From assembly GCA_964106915.2 (NCBI GenBank), contig OZ066918.1: 64,000 bases of DNA. One strand, given 5' to 3'. Position 1 is the stretch's first letter. Every line of letters starts with the position of its first letter. The translations under genes and the position numbers were made by a program. Source of the stretch: Podarcis gaigeae. Its lineage: Eukaryota. The notes beneath the pieces are model-generated. The model saw only the letters and a program-made list of their open reading frames with translations, was not told the DNA's origin and ran no database searches. This document shows, one piece after another, positions 23,887-37,214 of this stretch.

Positions 23887-24412
23887 GTAAGTTGTAATTC
23901 CACAATTTATCCTCTAAAAACAGAAGCTGAAGCTTACTGGGAGGATCATTGGTGTAGTCAAAGCATCCATCAGGTTTTATGGGTTGTGAACTTTAAACTG
24001 CCTACTCCAAACTATTCTACTGAAAAAGGGGCCTGCCTTGACGTGATGGCAACTGATCTGTGGCTGACCTCTAAGTACTCAAAGAGTAAGGGCAGGGACC
24101 ATTTTTAACAGCAAAGGGGATTTCTGGGTGAGGACCACAGCAGCCTTCCCTACTCACAGCATGGTTTTCTGCATCCCCGCTCCCCAAGCACTTCTCCAGC
24201 CAACCCCACCTCTAATGCAGTGCTTAGTTGAGAAGAAAAGACACCCAGAAGGATAGACTTCAGACACATAAATGGTACCCATCTGCTCTTTTCATTTATT
24301 CCATAGCCATTCACTTCTCTCATGAGCCCACCATTCTGAAGGTTACATAATGTGCTCTTATGCAAGCTGTTTACTATGGCACTGACCTTTCTTTTTCTGT
24401 TTGGGGTTTCAG

Positions 24413-24454
24413 GTACCAGGGCCCCCAGGGCCCCAAGGCCCACCAGGAACACCA
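24413..24454 (+). CDS. COL13A1: Collagen XIII exon VPGPPGPQGPPGTP
   Basis: cag|GTA...CCA|gtaagt, 42 bp; corresponds to VPGLPGPEGPPGPP. Confidence 0.93.
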
Positions 24455-24933
24455 GTAAGTCCTATCTGTCAACTACATATATGGTAGCATTTTACTGAAA
24501 CTTCATACACAACTCTGTTCTGCAAGGCTGTCAATAGTCAATGTTAACTGCAATGCACGGCATGAGAAAGCAAGTAACTTAGTTATTATAGTTGTTCAAG
24601 CCATTTTTATCTTGTCTTTAGCTTGAGACAGTTTGTGGACAAATTTAAAATAGAAACAAAATGAAAACAATACAACATATAAGATATATAAGCATATATA
24701 TATATATATTTAAGATTGCAGTTAAAATATAGCAATAAGGAGCAATTTCTGGGTAGATGAAATAATCAAAACTGCAGTGCTGGCAGCACAGCATATTCTG
24801 GTCCTACGGTTTTACCTACTGTTTGCTGTACAAACTGAGCCAGGGCACCGTACATAGACCAACACATCCCAGTGAAGAATGTTTGTTTTTGTCGCATTAT
24901 GATCTGCAGACTAATTCAATAGATTCTATTCTA

Positions 24934-25151
24934 CAGTGGTACCTTGGGTTAAGAACTTAATTCGTTCTGGAGGTCCGTTCTTAACCTGAAATTGTTCTTA
25001 ACCTGAAACACCACTTTAGCTTATGGGGCCTCCTGCTGCCGCTGTGGCAAAAATTCTGCTCTTATCCTGAAGCAAAGTTCTTAACCCGAGGTACTATTTC
25101 TGGGTTAGTGGAGTCTGTAACATGAAGCATCTGTAACCCGAGGTACCACTG
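24934..25151. mobile_element. Tc1/mariner (Tigger-like) MITE
   Basis: TA|CAGTGGTACCTTGGGTTA ... TAACCCGAGGTACCACTG|TA. Confidence 0.88.
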
Positions 25152-25930
25152 TATTCCTAATGAAAAAGCAGTGTCGGGATGCTGCAGTTTTAAAGCAGAG
25201 TGGCAGAAGGGGGCTGCTCGTAACTGCTTCTGCAAAGAAAGACCTTTCCCACACCAGTAGCAGTTGGCAGGGGTGGGGCAGTCATGCTTACTTGACCTCC
25301 AGTTGCCCACATTGCTGCTGTATACTAGGATGGATAGCAGGGAAGTTGGCATGGTGCAAATACACCAACAGAGCCTGTTTGCACTCCCAACAGTGCATTT
25401 GCACCTCATTGCCACTCTGTCTTTTCCCTTTTCCATCCTAGTATATAGCAGTGACACCGGTGACCAGAGATCAGGTGTGTGTCACTGCCCTACGCGGCTG
25501 TCCACTACTGTCACCCACCATATGCAAGGATATGCTATGTAATGTCTGTTTGCTGATCCTGTTTAAGGACGAAAGGATGGGTACAATTAATGACACTGCT
25601 GTAGCAATCAATAGTAGACATCTAAAAATCCCCATTTTATTTTATATATCCTGATGCCTTACTGTTAATCCAATCCTTTCAACCGGATGTATCAATCAAC
25701 AAGACTTGGTACATCACTACTGGCACAGTATATAACTATTATCTATAGGCAGGAAATGGTGGGAACAGATAAAAACAGCACTGGAGCATTTGCTCTGTTA
25801 GTTGCTGTAATTTATATCATTAACAAGAAAGAAGAGGGTGCAAAAGAATGAGTAATATAGGAACTGTGTGCTACTGGACTTCTGAAATTTAACCCACCCT
25901 AACTTTTATTCTTGTTTGTTATAAATACAG

Positions 25931-25957
25931 GGTCTTCAAGGTGGTCGAGGACCTAAG
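25931..25957 (+). CDS. COL13A1: Collagen XIII exon GLQGGRGPK
   Basis: cag|GGT...AAG|gtaaga, 27 bp. Confidence 0.9.
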
Positions 25958-26719
25958 GTAAGAATGGATTAAAGGCCCTTTTAGAGAAAGTGTGTAAGAA
26001 GCTGCTCTGAAGGTCAAATTATTGGCTTGGGACAGTTTAGAGTTTTTCCAAACATGTCAGCGGAACTAATATACCCCATCTCCCCACATTCAAATAGTGT
26101 CAGGTTTTAAAGCAGAAACTCTTATTTCAGGCTGAAATAAACCCATGCTTCTTATACCATTATGTGTCAGTGCATGTATGTAAAGCCCAAACACTTGTTT
26201 GTTTCTGCTTTTTTTGTTCTGTTCAGAAAGGCCACTTAGGTGAGCAATTTGAAATAGGCAAACAACACATGATAAAAGGGTTTATGGGTCCCTCCTCCCA
26301 CACCTTCTTTACTCAGAATGGCTCCAAAGCTGTTTTCTTTTTCTTATGTGGAAATTTGACTCTAATACATGTATTTGCCCTTCCCTTCCTGTGTGATTCA
26401 CATTGAAAAATCAGGATATCTTACAAATATTTACTCTTCATCTATGGGAGCTCAGAACTTCTCAATTTGCATAAACTCTAGCATCGACTACAGAGACTGA
26501 TTATCCTGTCACTTTCACTATTGAACACTTTAAATATCTCCTTTGAAACCAGTGGAGCAACTTGGCATTGTCTAGTGTGAGAGTGAAATTGGCTGCAAAA
26601 TGTTCTTCAGTCATTGCTATGTCTTGGATGCTACTGGGTGCCTTTGCTATGTAATTAATATCTGTTTAGAAAGATTCCAAGGAAGTGTTAGGCTTTCTCC
26701 TGATACATCTTTCCTTTAG

Positions 26720-26800
26720 GGGGAAGCAGGCATTTCTGGAATGAAAGGCGAAAAGGGTGCCCAGGGAGAAAAAGGAGACCGAGGTCCTCTGGGATTGCCC
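26720..26800 (+). CDS. COL13A1: Collagen XIII exon [27 protein letters not shown]
   Basis: tag|GGG...CCC|gtaagt, 81 bp. Confidence 0.95.
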
Positions 26801-29287
26801 GTAAGTATCTAGAAAGCAAGGAGAACTTCACAGGCCATCTTTAACCCAAGCGTTCACCAAATACTAAAATAAGAAGCATAATTTGATAAAATGACATATG
26901 GAATGAGAAGCTTCAAAACACGATGCCATGCTGTGAAGTCCAGGAAGCTGCAAAGATGTCTTGAGTTTGAGAATTCTGGTCACTGACTCAAGGTCCCCTG
27001 GATTTTGATTGCTTGGGTGATACCAAGAAGAGAAATTTTACTTCTGGGCTCTTGCCACATGTGTTTCTTATGCTCATAATAATCTTCAAGTGCCAATACA
27101 TTCAAGCAAGAAACGTAAATAGTTTGTAGATTCTATAAACTATTCTATAAACAAGGCTGCTGGTTGGGGCTAATGAGAGCTACAGTCCAAAACGGGAAGG
27201 GAATTAGATCAGGGAAGACCAGGCTGAACTGCTAAGCCTAGGTCTGGCAGGGTTCTCTTCCCAAACAAAGCCAGCATTCCCTGTTTCTATTAGGGTTCTG
27301 TTTCTAGAGTATAATACTCCTCACCAGATAACCCATTTCCTCTCTTAAATATGGACTAATTGACACAGTCAGCCCACACATACCCTTTTTGTCTTCCTGC
27401 ACTGCAATTTGCTAATGGCAAATGGGGGCTTTGAAGATTTCATCCCAAGCCATGGTTCCAGTTTCCAGATTGCAATAAAGCATGCTGTTGCTCAATCCAT
27501 AGGACACCTGTAGCTTGGTGTGCCCACCCACCATAGGGCACTCTTTTCCACAGGCAACCTGCAAACCTAGTCTAGAAAGAAGGAGGGGGCTACAAACTCC
27601 CTGGTCATTTATTTGTGCAGATCCTACAGTTATGAAGTTTGAAGGAATGTTATCATGAACACTTAGGGCAGGGATAGCCACTTTTTTATGGGAGTATTAA
27701 TGTCAGCTAGCTGAAATGAAATTTGAATTAGGGATTTTCTGGCTTACAGCTCACATTCTGGGATCAACACCACAAAAGACTGCATAGAAAAGTGGCAATC
27801 AGGCCGCAGGGTCCTCATCTTGGCAACGTCCAGCTGCCTGTAGCAGAAGTTGGAAGCTAGAGACCCATGTGCTTGCAGTAGAGATGGACCAGTGCCATAT
27901 CTCACTATGCAGCTGCCCTGTTTATACATCCTCACTGATATTCCCAAGATTGCATGTGCTTTGCCTTCACTACCACCTGTGAAAGTCATCAATGGGTGAT
28001 AGTGAAGCAATGCAAAATGGATGGCAACTTGGTAAGATAAGCATGAGCTGCATCAGCTGGCAGATCAAAAAGGAGAATTCTGATATCTGTATCTGGGCTT
28101 TGGGCCATATGGGCAGCATCTCTATTTTAGTGGATTTCCATGACATTCATACATCAAAACCAAATGGATAGGGACAGGTCTTGTTATTCAGAAACTAACC
28201 TGAACTATCTTTATAGTTCTCTAGACTTCAGCTGTGTGATTGTTTGGCTGAGGGTTTGCTGGTCTTTGTTTAAATAGGTTGCTGTAATGTCATGATTTTA
28301 ACAATATTTTCAAAGCAGGGCAGAAGCACTAAACGATTTAAAAAACTAAGAAAGTGGAAGAGTTCAGAAATGTTGCCAACAGAATGCAAGACATAACAAA
28401 CATGGCAATTTTTGCAGGACCAATTTATAGGTGGAATATTATTATTTTTAAGAAATCTAAACTTTTGAACTTAACACAGAGAGTTTAAACAAGTCTGGAG
28501 AAAGAAATACCCAGGTCAACAATACTACATTTGCTAATAAATGCACATAGCAGAACATTGCTTCCTGTTAATACATCTTAAAGGCTGACTTTGATGTATA
28601 ATATTATATCATTTACTTTTGTTTATACGATGGTTTATATATCCTAGCTGTGACACAACCGGCTAGTGGTTCCTGCTGTATATGTTCATCCCTATCTCTA
28701 ACAAAAGCTCTGTATCCAGTCACTTCAATGAAGTCCAGGAGAAAATTGGAATGTGCCTGAACATTAGTTGCTTGAGTGGAAGTCTGTTCTCCAAACATGG
28801 ATCTCCCTTGTTGGATAAGAACAACAGTGTGCATTCATAGAGTTTTTAGTTAGCTAACCTTATGGATACATCACCATATTAACTGAGGGCTAATTTTTCA
28901 AGACTTATGTCCCATTGTCCTTGCACATTATCCCATTAGAAATATTACTGCAAGTTGGTGCCAGTTTCAAAGTCTCTTGACCCTAGCAGAGGATGAGGTG
29001 TGTGCATATGAAGATTCAGCACCATTCCATGAGCAAATACTGCAACAAATATGGCCAAATTCCAATGTGTATAGAAAGAGGTGATGTCAAATGCATCTTG
29101 CTACCACCTTTCAAAGAAATGAGAGTACAGAAGATGTTGTACAGGAACTGGTCAGAATTTCTTCATACACTGGGGCTCTCTTGCTGAAAATTTTCTCTTT
29201 CAGGGTCACATCGTGATACACTTTAGAGTGTATCTGTGGAAGAAAGCAAATTACAAAAACACACAAAACTGCTTCAGTTACTAGAGC

Positions 29288-29470
29288 TTGGGGGTCACCC
29301 AGTGAAATTGATTTATGGTAGGTTCAGGAAAGCCAAAAGAAAGTACTTCACAATACACATAATACGGAATTCAGTAACTTGGCTGGATATTATTTTTTTT
29401 TAAAAAAAGATTAGAGAAATTCCATTGACAGAAATTTCCTGTGATAGCTAGATGGATTCTGTGTTCAGAG
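29288..29470 (+). mobile_element. Old CR1 LINE 3' fragment
   Basis: GGGGTCACCCAGTGAAATTG...AGGTTCAGGAAAG...AAAAGAAAGTACTTC resembles the CR1 ORF2 C-terminal end. Confidence 0.45.
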
Positions 29471-30812
29471 GCCACGTATCTTCTGCAGGTATTGTGTTAA
29501 GTGTGTTTGCTAATTCAGTCAGCCTGTCTAGATTTAAACAGTGCCCATCTTTCTTTGTATTCTCTCTCTTGCTTGAAGAACCTAATAAATCACCAATGAT
29601 CATTGTTTAATTTGCATTTCAACCAACCAATTTCTTCCTTCAAGTTGTTGTTGTTTTTTTTAAAGAAGCCCATCAGAAATTGGCAGCTTAACAAATTGAT
29701 GTGCTTGATCATTCACAGTTCTAATAGTCTCTCCTATCTAGCTAATATAATCAGTCTTATTGCACATTTCACTTGCTGGGTTAGAAACAAACAGACATAA
29801 GCTGACTAGTATTCAAATACCTGAATGAGAATGCAGCCTATGTGCACAACATGCAGCATCAGTAACTTGTTTATGTATGACTAGAGCTTGGGGATGGACA
29901 GATCTGTCAATTTCCCCCCGTCTATTTCTCATTTTTCCAGACTTGCATTTTGCAATTTATTTATTTATTTTTAAAGGAATTAAAAGTCCACATGAAAATC
30001 TATGTGCATTTTTGTGAACATTTCTCCTGATATATGCATTTTAGCAAGCAGTTTCCTCCTTATAGAATGATTTTTTTTTTTTACTAACAACACATTTTTG
30101 TATGCAATCTTTTGGTTGAAGAATTGCACCGCAAAATTCTGAAAAGTATGAATTTCAGAGCAGAGCGATGTTTCTGTTTCTGTTAAGTACAGCTCTGGGA
30201 AGGTTGCATTGGAATGCAAACTGAACCAGTTCCCCCCACATCCCTACTAATGTCTTACCTATCCTTCACAATGACATCCCAAGGTTGGTTGCCACTATCT
30301 AAAAATGCACTACTGAAAACAGTTAAAACACATTAAAATCAGGACAACAGGGTGGATAGACAGGGTGAGGTATATCTCTCACAGGTGTGGAATAGAGGCC
30401 AAGGTAAAGAGCTGTGCCTTCATCAGTAAATGTGCTGGGATTCAAAGCAACTCCCACGGATGGCCTAAGGATTGCCATCAGCTCTCCTGTTACCATCGCA
30501 ACCTCAGCTATAGAGCATGAGACAGCAGCGATGCTCTCCCAAAGCTAGGCCTATTTATTCTGGTAGAGTATGCTGGTGTGCTGCATTCTCACCGGCAACC
30601 TAAAGCAATCAGACCATGTTACACTCAGTGTCTTGTTTTTTGTTGGTTTCCTTGTAAGTGCCATCACCTGTCCCTGAGATCCAAGTTTTGTTGTTTTATT
30701 GTGAGCATATGTTTGTCTCCAGTCACTGCTTCACTCACCTCTCCCTTCCCCTCCTCCTCACCCTCCCTTCCTCCTCGCCTTTTGTTTTGTTAACCCTTCC
30801 TTGTCTGTCCAG

Positions 30813-30848
30813 GGTGCTTCAGGTTTAGACGGCAGGCCTGGCCCACCG
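30813..30848 (+). CDS. COL13A1: Collagen XIII exon GASGLDGRPGPP (cassette-type)
   Basis: cag|GGT...CCG|gtgagt, 36 bp; identical to the recalled human peptide. Confidence 0.95.
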
Positions 30849-31394
30849 GTGAGTTCCATTTCTCTCTTACCCTACATTCCTATCCCCTAATACTGTGGTT
30901 TGTCTTCTTTGTCTTGCCACAACCGTATCTGTATCATTGTCTTTCCCAAAAGCTGAGACAGAACAAATGCAGCTGCTACATTTTGATGCCAAACAACCAT
31001 AAAGTTTTAATTCACATCGTTACACATTTCCACAGGTCTGGGAATTTAGCTAAAGATAACGGGGTATTATTTTATTTACTTGTAATATTTTGTAAATTAT
31101 AAATGAATTTTTTGCATGTACCCATTATTAATGTTATGTACTTCTGTCTCTCATATTGTCAGTCGTCAACTGTCTTCTTTTCTCTCCCCATGGAAAGCTT
31201 GCTTAAAGCATCTCCTTCCACTTTTCTCAGCCATAGTAATGCTTTGTAAATGTCTTATGTGAGCAAAAGGCACTCTATTGCATTTTTATTTCAAGCACAT
31301 TCAAGCAATGCATTGCAACCAATTTCTTGTTCTGATCTCACTATAGCCTAGGATGCTTGTCATATGTGCATGAGACATGGGAATAAGACTTAGG

Positions 31395-31704
31395 GGCTCA
31401 TTCACACTTTTGCTTGACCTGTATTTTGGTCACATTGTGTACCAATTAATTTCCCCAGGTCTGAGAGCTTTTCTCATTATCTTGTGGCTGTGCCTTGCAA
31501 AAACCCAGTCTTGCCTTCTGAATCAAATCTTATAAGATGCACAGAAAATTCAAAATTTTGCTTAACCAATCTTCAGTTCAGCGGGTACAATCAGATTTTT
31601 GCAAGGTACAGCTGCAGAACAAGAAGAAAAGCTCTTGGACCCAAGAGAATTAATTGGTACACAGTATGATCAAAATACAGGGCAAGTGAAAATGTGGATG
31701 AACC
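31395..31704. mobile_element. Foldback MITE (Harbinger-like) with ~110-bp imperfect arms
   Basis: GGCTCATTCACAC...CTGTATTTTG...GTGTACCAATTAATT...CCTTGCAAAAA is mirrored by TTTTTGCAAGG...AATTAATTGGTACAC...CAAAATACAG...GTGGATGAACC. Confidence 0.7.
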
Positions 31705-33874
31705 ATTATTTTAGGAACAGTGTATTGCAACATGCCAAGTGGGTCTTCATATCTGCTCAGTGATCTACTCAGATCCATCCTAATCTACAATGGACAATGC
31801 TCTTGAATTTGTTGGTCCCAGGAGGCTACTAGCTTAACAGCAGCTTCCATGATAAGGCTCTCAAGTTCTCTCCCTGTTTTGGCTTGGGTCATTTCAGCCA
31901 GTTCACACAGCCATCAATCCTTGGATAACAGTTCCTGACTCATTTGCTCACGTTCATGTAGTAAATCTGAAACTGAACTATAATAAATATGGACTCTTTG
32001 ATTTGTGTGTCTTGCTTTCACCTTTTGGGGGATAAGTGATAATGAAAGCAATAGAGAGGTTATCATTTTGGCAATGCAAGAGACTGAAGGTGTAAGAATG
32101 CTTGTAAGGTATGGCTAGATATGCTGTAACACTGTGACTAAGCTGACTAGGCTTGTTCAGAATTGACAATATTGAGTTAACTACCTATGAATTCTGCTGG
32201 CCAACTCTTCATGCTGAAAAACAGAATAACTATACTAACCCATTTTACAAAACACCCCCTTGGATTGCAAATGGGCAGCTGTTTCCATTAGGTCTTCATA
32301 TTGTGTCACAGACTCCATAATTTTGATTTCTGTGAAATCGCAATGGAACCTCCAGTGCCAAGTTGTTGTAGCAGGTTGTACTGCTTGTTTTGTATTTAAA
32401 AACTAGATTTCTTTATGTATACTTGAATTTATAGAGCAATACCTAGGACTGAGGGGGATCAATGTGATATTATGTTAAACTTATAATTGTGCAGCCACAG
32501 AGCTACATCTCCCAGAGTTCCCTGGGAAGACGGATTGACTGATTAATTTGAGTGTATGAACTGATCCTTAAGCTAGATTGTGCATGGATTTGATTCATAA
32601 ACCCAATAAAATTTTGGTAGAACTTGGCTATAAAAAGGGAAATGCTATTGAAGGCACTTCCAGATGGGGGCTATATGTTACACACCAGTTAAGATCCAGG
32701 TTTTCTGTGTGCGCGGTTGGTGCACAACCATCCACACACTTGTTTTTCACATGCATTCTGCTGTTTCCCAGCCACATTAGTGGGAGGTCCTTGATTGGTG
32801 GGAAACATCTGTTTCCAAGTTTGTGTGTGTTTTTAAAAATACATTATTTAGCTCTATAGAAATTATGATAAAGAGGTCTTGCACAAAATCTTTGGTTTGT
32901 TTCTTTTTAAAGAGAAGTTCTGATCTATGTGCTGTGATTACAGTCTCCAAGGTATTCCCCCACTTGTGATGAGATCTTTAGGGAGTAGCTTTTCCAAACT
33001 AGATTGTTTGGATTGGTGATACCAGGCAGGCTGGTGTGCTGAAAATACAATGGCTATGTTGTGCTCAAGTGGAAGTAGGCAGGGATGTGGTAATGGGGAC
33101 TATTATCACATCACCACACATGTGATAAACTATTTATTAAATAAATAAATAAATAAATAACATCCACAAGCCTATGGTGACCACAGATGTATTTTGTTAA
33201 TTATTGGGTTTTCTGCAATAAGAGAAATGTAAAACAATATGTGGGTGGGTATGTTGATAACATCATCATCATATGGACAGTGCAAAAAAACCTGAGTGCG
33301 TGAGCAGCACTGACTCCACAATAAGCCTCTGTCTTGTCTAGAAGCACCCGGAGCGAAAACCAAAACACACCATTCTCTGCCCCACTGAAGTTAAATTTAA
33401 ATGGCAGATAAGGACTTGAAAATGAACAAGACCTTCTCATGTTCTCTATTATATTACTGTACATTTGCATTACTGCCTGTGGCATGGTGATCTGTCAACC
33501 TGCATGATGAGCTGCCTATGTAAAAAGTGATGCAAACTTTACTTTTCCCCTACTCTACCCAACCACTTTTAAAAGGCTTTAAGTATGAACATGCATTGCC
33601 CCCCTTTTGCTACAGCTTTTAGCTTTGTTGATGATTGTAAAGGAATAAATATTTCATCTAATGTTTCAGGAAATGTCTTTTATATTTTTTATCATCTCAA
33701 CCAGCCCAGACGTGGTTCTGCTTTGTATATACAATAATGATGGTCATCAACTTTAAAAGCTGTAGTATTTAAGTGTATACCTGAATAACCAAAAACTCCT
33801 CTTTTTTTTCCTTGTCCAGTTTGAAATATGTTGAGTAAATGGCTTCATGGACTTATTTCTCCCTAAAATTTCAG

Positions 33875-33928
33875 GGTACTCCGGGACCAGTTGGAGTTCC
33901 AGGACCAGCAGGACCAAAAGGAGAGAGG
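33875..33928 (+). CDS. COL13A1: Collagen XIII exon GTPGPVGVPGPAGPKGER
   Basis: cag|GGT...AGG|gtgagc, 54 bp. Confidence 0.95.
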
Positions 33929-34045
33929 GTGAGCAACCTATAGCAAACAGGTCCATATACCAGCTGTCTGTTACAAGTCCAATACATCTTAAACGCAGCA
34001 AATTTTACTTTTCTGATATTATAAGTAATGCTTCCTAATGGATGG

Positions 34046-34359
34046 CATGATGCAGGTGGTGCTGTGGTCTAAACCACTGAGTCTCTTGGGCTTGCAGATT
34101 GGAAGATTGGCAGTTTGAATCCCTGCAACAGAGTGAGCTCCTGTTGCTCTGTCTTAGCTCCTGCCAACTCAGCAGTTCAAAAGCACACTAGTGCAAGTAG
34201 ATAAATAGGTACCACTGTAGCAGGAAAGTAAACAGCGCTTCCATGTGCTCTGGCTTCTATCACAGTGTTCCGTTGTGCCAGAAGTGGTTTAGTCATGCTG
34301 GCCACATAGTCGTCTTTGACTGGACTTAGCTGTCCAGAGGTCATTTACCTTTTTACCTT
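34046..34359 (+). mobile_element. Sauria SINE (older copy with internal deletion)
   Basis: GGTGGTGCTGTGGTCTAAACCAC...GTGCAAGTAGATAAATAGGTAC...TTTACCTTTTTACCTT; aligns to the copy at 56710. Confidence 0.85.
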
Positions 34360-34723
34360 AGCTAACGGATATTTCCACTGTCTCTTTTTCACTTCTAATG
34401 TGTTTTGTTATGTGAACATGATACCTTTTCAGAGATAAACAGTAAAAGGAATGTTTATTTAACGCTATTCTGTTGCTAGTCAGCAAAATACAGTTTAACC
34501 GACACTTTGGGGACCTTTTTGCGGGGATGGAGGTGGAAATCTCTCCTCTCCAATTCCACGCTAGCGTGAGAAAAAATTATGTGAAACTGAAAATACAATT
34601 CTGTCGCCTAAGGCTCAGAAGTAACTTGCTACTATGAAAGATATAGTATTGGTCTACCTTCTCTGTGCCTGTAGTACACTTTCAAAATCAGGACATACTT
34701 CTGTCTTCTTAAATTCATTTTAG

Positions 34724-34777
34724 GGCAATAAAGGAGACCCTGGAACAGCAGGACCAACAGGACCAGCAGGACTTCCT
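34724..34777 (+). CDS. COL13A1: Collagen XIII exon GNKGDPGTAGPTGPAGLP
   Basis: tag|GGC...CCT|gtaagt, 54 bp. Confidence 0.95.
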
Positions 34778-35189
34778 GTAAGTATAAAGCATTATTTCTT
34801 CTTCCTCCACCTCACTTTCCCCATGAAATTCACTTTAATAATTCTACTGCACGAGAACATAGACCTTCTGCTGCAGTTACTTGAGTAAAGCTAAATGCTT
34901 TTAAATTTCTCCATAAGTAAAAAAAAGTATGATCAATTTTCTGTCTAGTTCAAAGGTGGCTAACTCCTAGCTTGGGGGGCAATTTTTTTGCCATTCTCCA
35001 CAAGGCTTCACCAATTTTGGTGTAAGAACAGCGGGGGTAATATTTAGGCAAATGGATGGGATGAATACTGAGGTTAAGACGTCTCCAACCCGCCCAGTGA
35101 CCTAATAGCAATTCAGATCTTCTCCATCTCAGTCATCAGATGAATCACTTTATGAGCAAGGTTGTAGTTCTAAGGTGATATATGTGGTT

Positions 35190-35325
35190 CTCCTTGCCTC
35201 CCTATTTTATCCCAACAACCCTGTGAAGTAGGTCTGGCTGAGAGACAATGATTGGTCAAATGTCACCCAATGAGCTTCATGGCTGAGTGGGGATTCAAAT
35301 ACTAAGCCAGGGTACTGCACTGGCT
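35190..35325 (-). mobile_element. Squamate SINE fragment with L2/MIR-like tail (Squam3-like)
   Basis: CAACAACCCTGTGAAGTAGG...GTCACCCAATGAGCTTCATGGCTGAGTGGGGATTCAA; a similar tail occurs on the + strand near 11022-11120. Confidence 0.55.
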
Positions 35326-35368
35326 TTAAAATGAGTAACTTCTTTAAACATTCATACCTATATTATAG

Positions 35369-35404
35369 GGTTCACAAGGCTCACCAGGTGAAAAAGGAAA
35401 CCGG
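35369..35404 (+). CDS. COL13A1: Collagen XIII exon GSQGSPGEKGNR
   Basis: tag|GGT...CGG|gtaagt, 36 bp. Confidence 0.93.
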
Positions 35405-37100
35405 GTAAGTCTTAAATTATGGCTCTTTCACTATTAAGGCCTTTAAGGAACGGTGGAATGATTAAATTTGTGAGGACATCAAAAGGGATAAGGTAAAATC
35501 TAACTGCCTAATAAAGTATAACCCAAAGACTTATCATCCTTTTCAAGGATGTTACCTGTTCAAGAATGTAGGAGCCTGCAGTAATATTGGCTGCTAGCAG
35601 TAATAGAACCATTGTTCGAAATAATTCTCATGAAACACTTGGAAAATAAAGTTGTGATACAATACTTGAAGTAACAAGATGATAAGTCTTCATAGCACAT
35701 CACAGTCATGATGAGCGTTACCTCTTAGTTTATGATTTCTCTAAGGCTGCTGTTGCGTAGAGTACTTAATCATTCCACCTCTGCTTTTATAACTTCCTTT
35801 TGATTAAAAAATAAATAAAATGTAGTTATTATTCTGATTACTCTATCAAGCAAGTTCCTGATACTTTTTCAGTTGGTTTTAAATTTGAATAAAATGTTTA
35901 GGACAGTCCTGGTTAACTAAAACTGAAAATTCAGAAACCACTTCAGGCTGGGTTTCTGTCCCAACAAGTTTATTGGCAGATGAGAACTGTCACAGATTGA
36001 TGAGCTAACCTTCTGCCCAGTTAGACAAGAGACAGCTTTGTTTCTGAATTGCTTGTAATAAAGCTCTGGGGAAAGTCAGGCCAGTTTCACTCTCAGTGCC
36101 ATTCATAATTCTGAAACCACTTAAAGAGAATAAAGATCCAAAGCACCATGCAGGAGTATGTTTTGCAAAACTGCAACAAATACTTTGAAATCACAATACG
36201 GGGGCAGGGGATGAGTTAGAGCAACTGTGCACACACAAATCCTGCATAAGTATCCATTTAGTCATTAAGAAATGAAGAGTCCTTCCATATATCATTAGCA
36301 GACACTTTATGACTAATTGCTGTTTTGGAAACGTTTCTTGAGTCGGGTATGAAATGTGTGGTGCTGTGGATGTAAAACAGTCAAGGGCAGCCTGTTATTT
36401 AACTTGCAGCATGATTTGGCAACGGGATACTCTGTGCAGCAGTTGCGGAAATTATCTTTCCAAACTAGATTTGATGATAGCACAACCCAATATTGGTTGC
36501 ATTGTGCTGTATGTTGACAAAGCGGGAAAAGGGCTGATTTAAAGCTCAGGAGGAGAGGGCAGGAGACTGCTGACCCCTTACCCTGCCCCTCCCACCCCAC
36601 CTGCTTCTTTCCAGCTGCATTTATCCTAGCAGGATTACTTCCAGCCTAGGAGTCCTCCTGGCTGAAAAAGAGCTAAGAAGACATAATTTGCGTAGGGAGA
36701 AGTACAGAGAACAGGAGGTTCTCCTGCCTGCCCCTAATGTGCTTTTAAATCTCACTCCAAGTTCTGTTTTAGAAGGATCCAATGGCAGGCCTGATTCTGA
36801 CCCATGAATCTCATGCTGCCACCATCCCATGCAGCTTGGTCCTTCTTTTCTGCTAATCAGTCCCATTGGCTCTTGTGTGATACCATAGGGGTTTATCTCC
36901 CAGAAAGAGCAGTCAAGAAAATAGAAATAAATGCAATATTATAATAGATCATGGGAATGGAGTATGCTCATTTGGACAAACCAGCTGAAAAGGTGCCAAT
37001 GCTTATTCTGTGCATTAAACTTGAATTTGTTATTTCAACTGTTTTTTCTTCTTCTCCTGTCTTTGTGTGGTTTGCGTGTGTGTGTTCCTTGCTTCTACAG

Positions 37101-37214
37101 GTCTACCTTTGTCCCCCTTATCCCTTCCTGCTCTTCTGCCTTTTCTCCCGGATCCTTCCTTCTCTTCCTGCCACAACCCAGTCTGCATTTTCTCCTGGAT
37201 TATCCTCCCTCTAA
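37101..37214 (+). CDS. COL13A1: Candidate alternative terminal exon VYLCPPYPFLLFCLFSRILPSLPATTQSAFSPGLSSL*
   Basis: Strong U/UG-rich tract ending ttctacag|G; open in phase 0 for 37 codons to TAA. Confidence 0.4.
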   Translation, partial: VYLCPPYPFLLFCLFSRILPSLPATTQSAFSPGLSSL

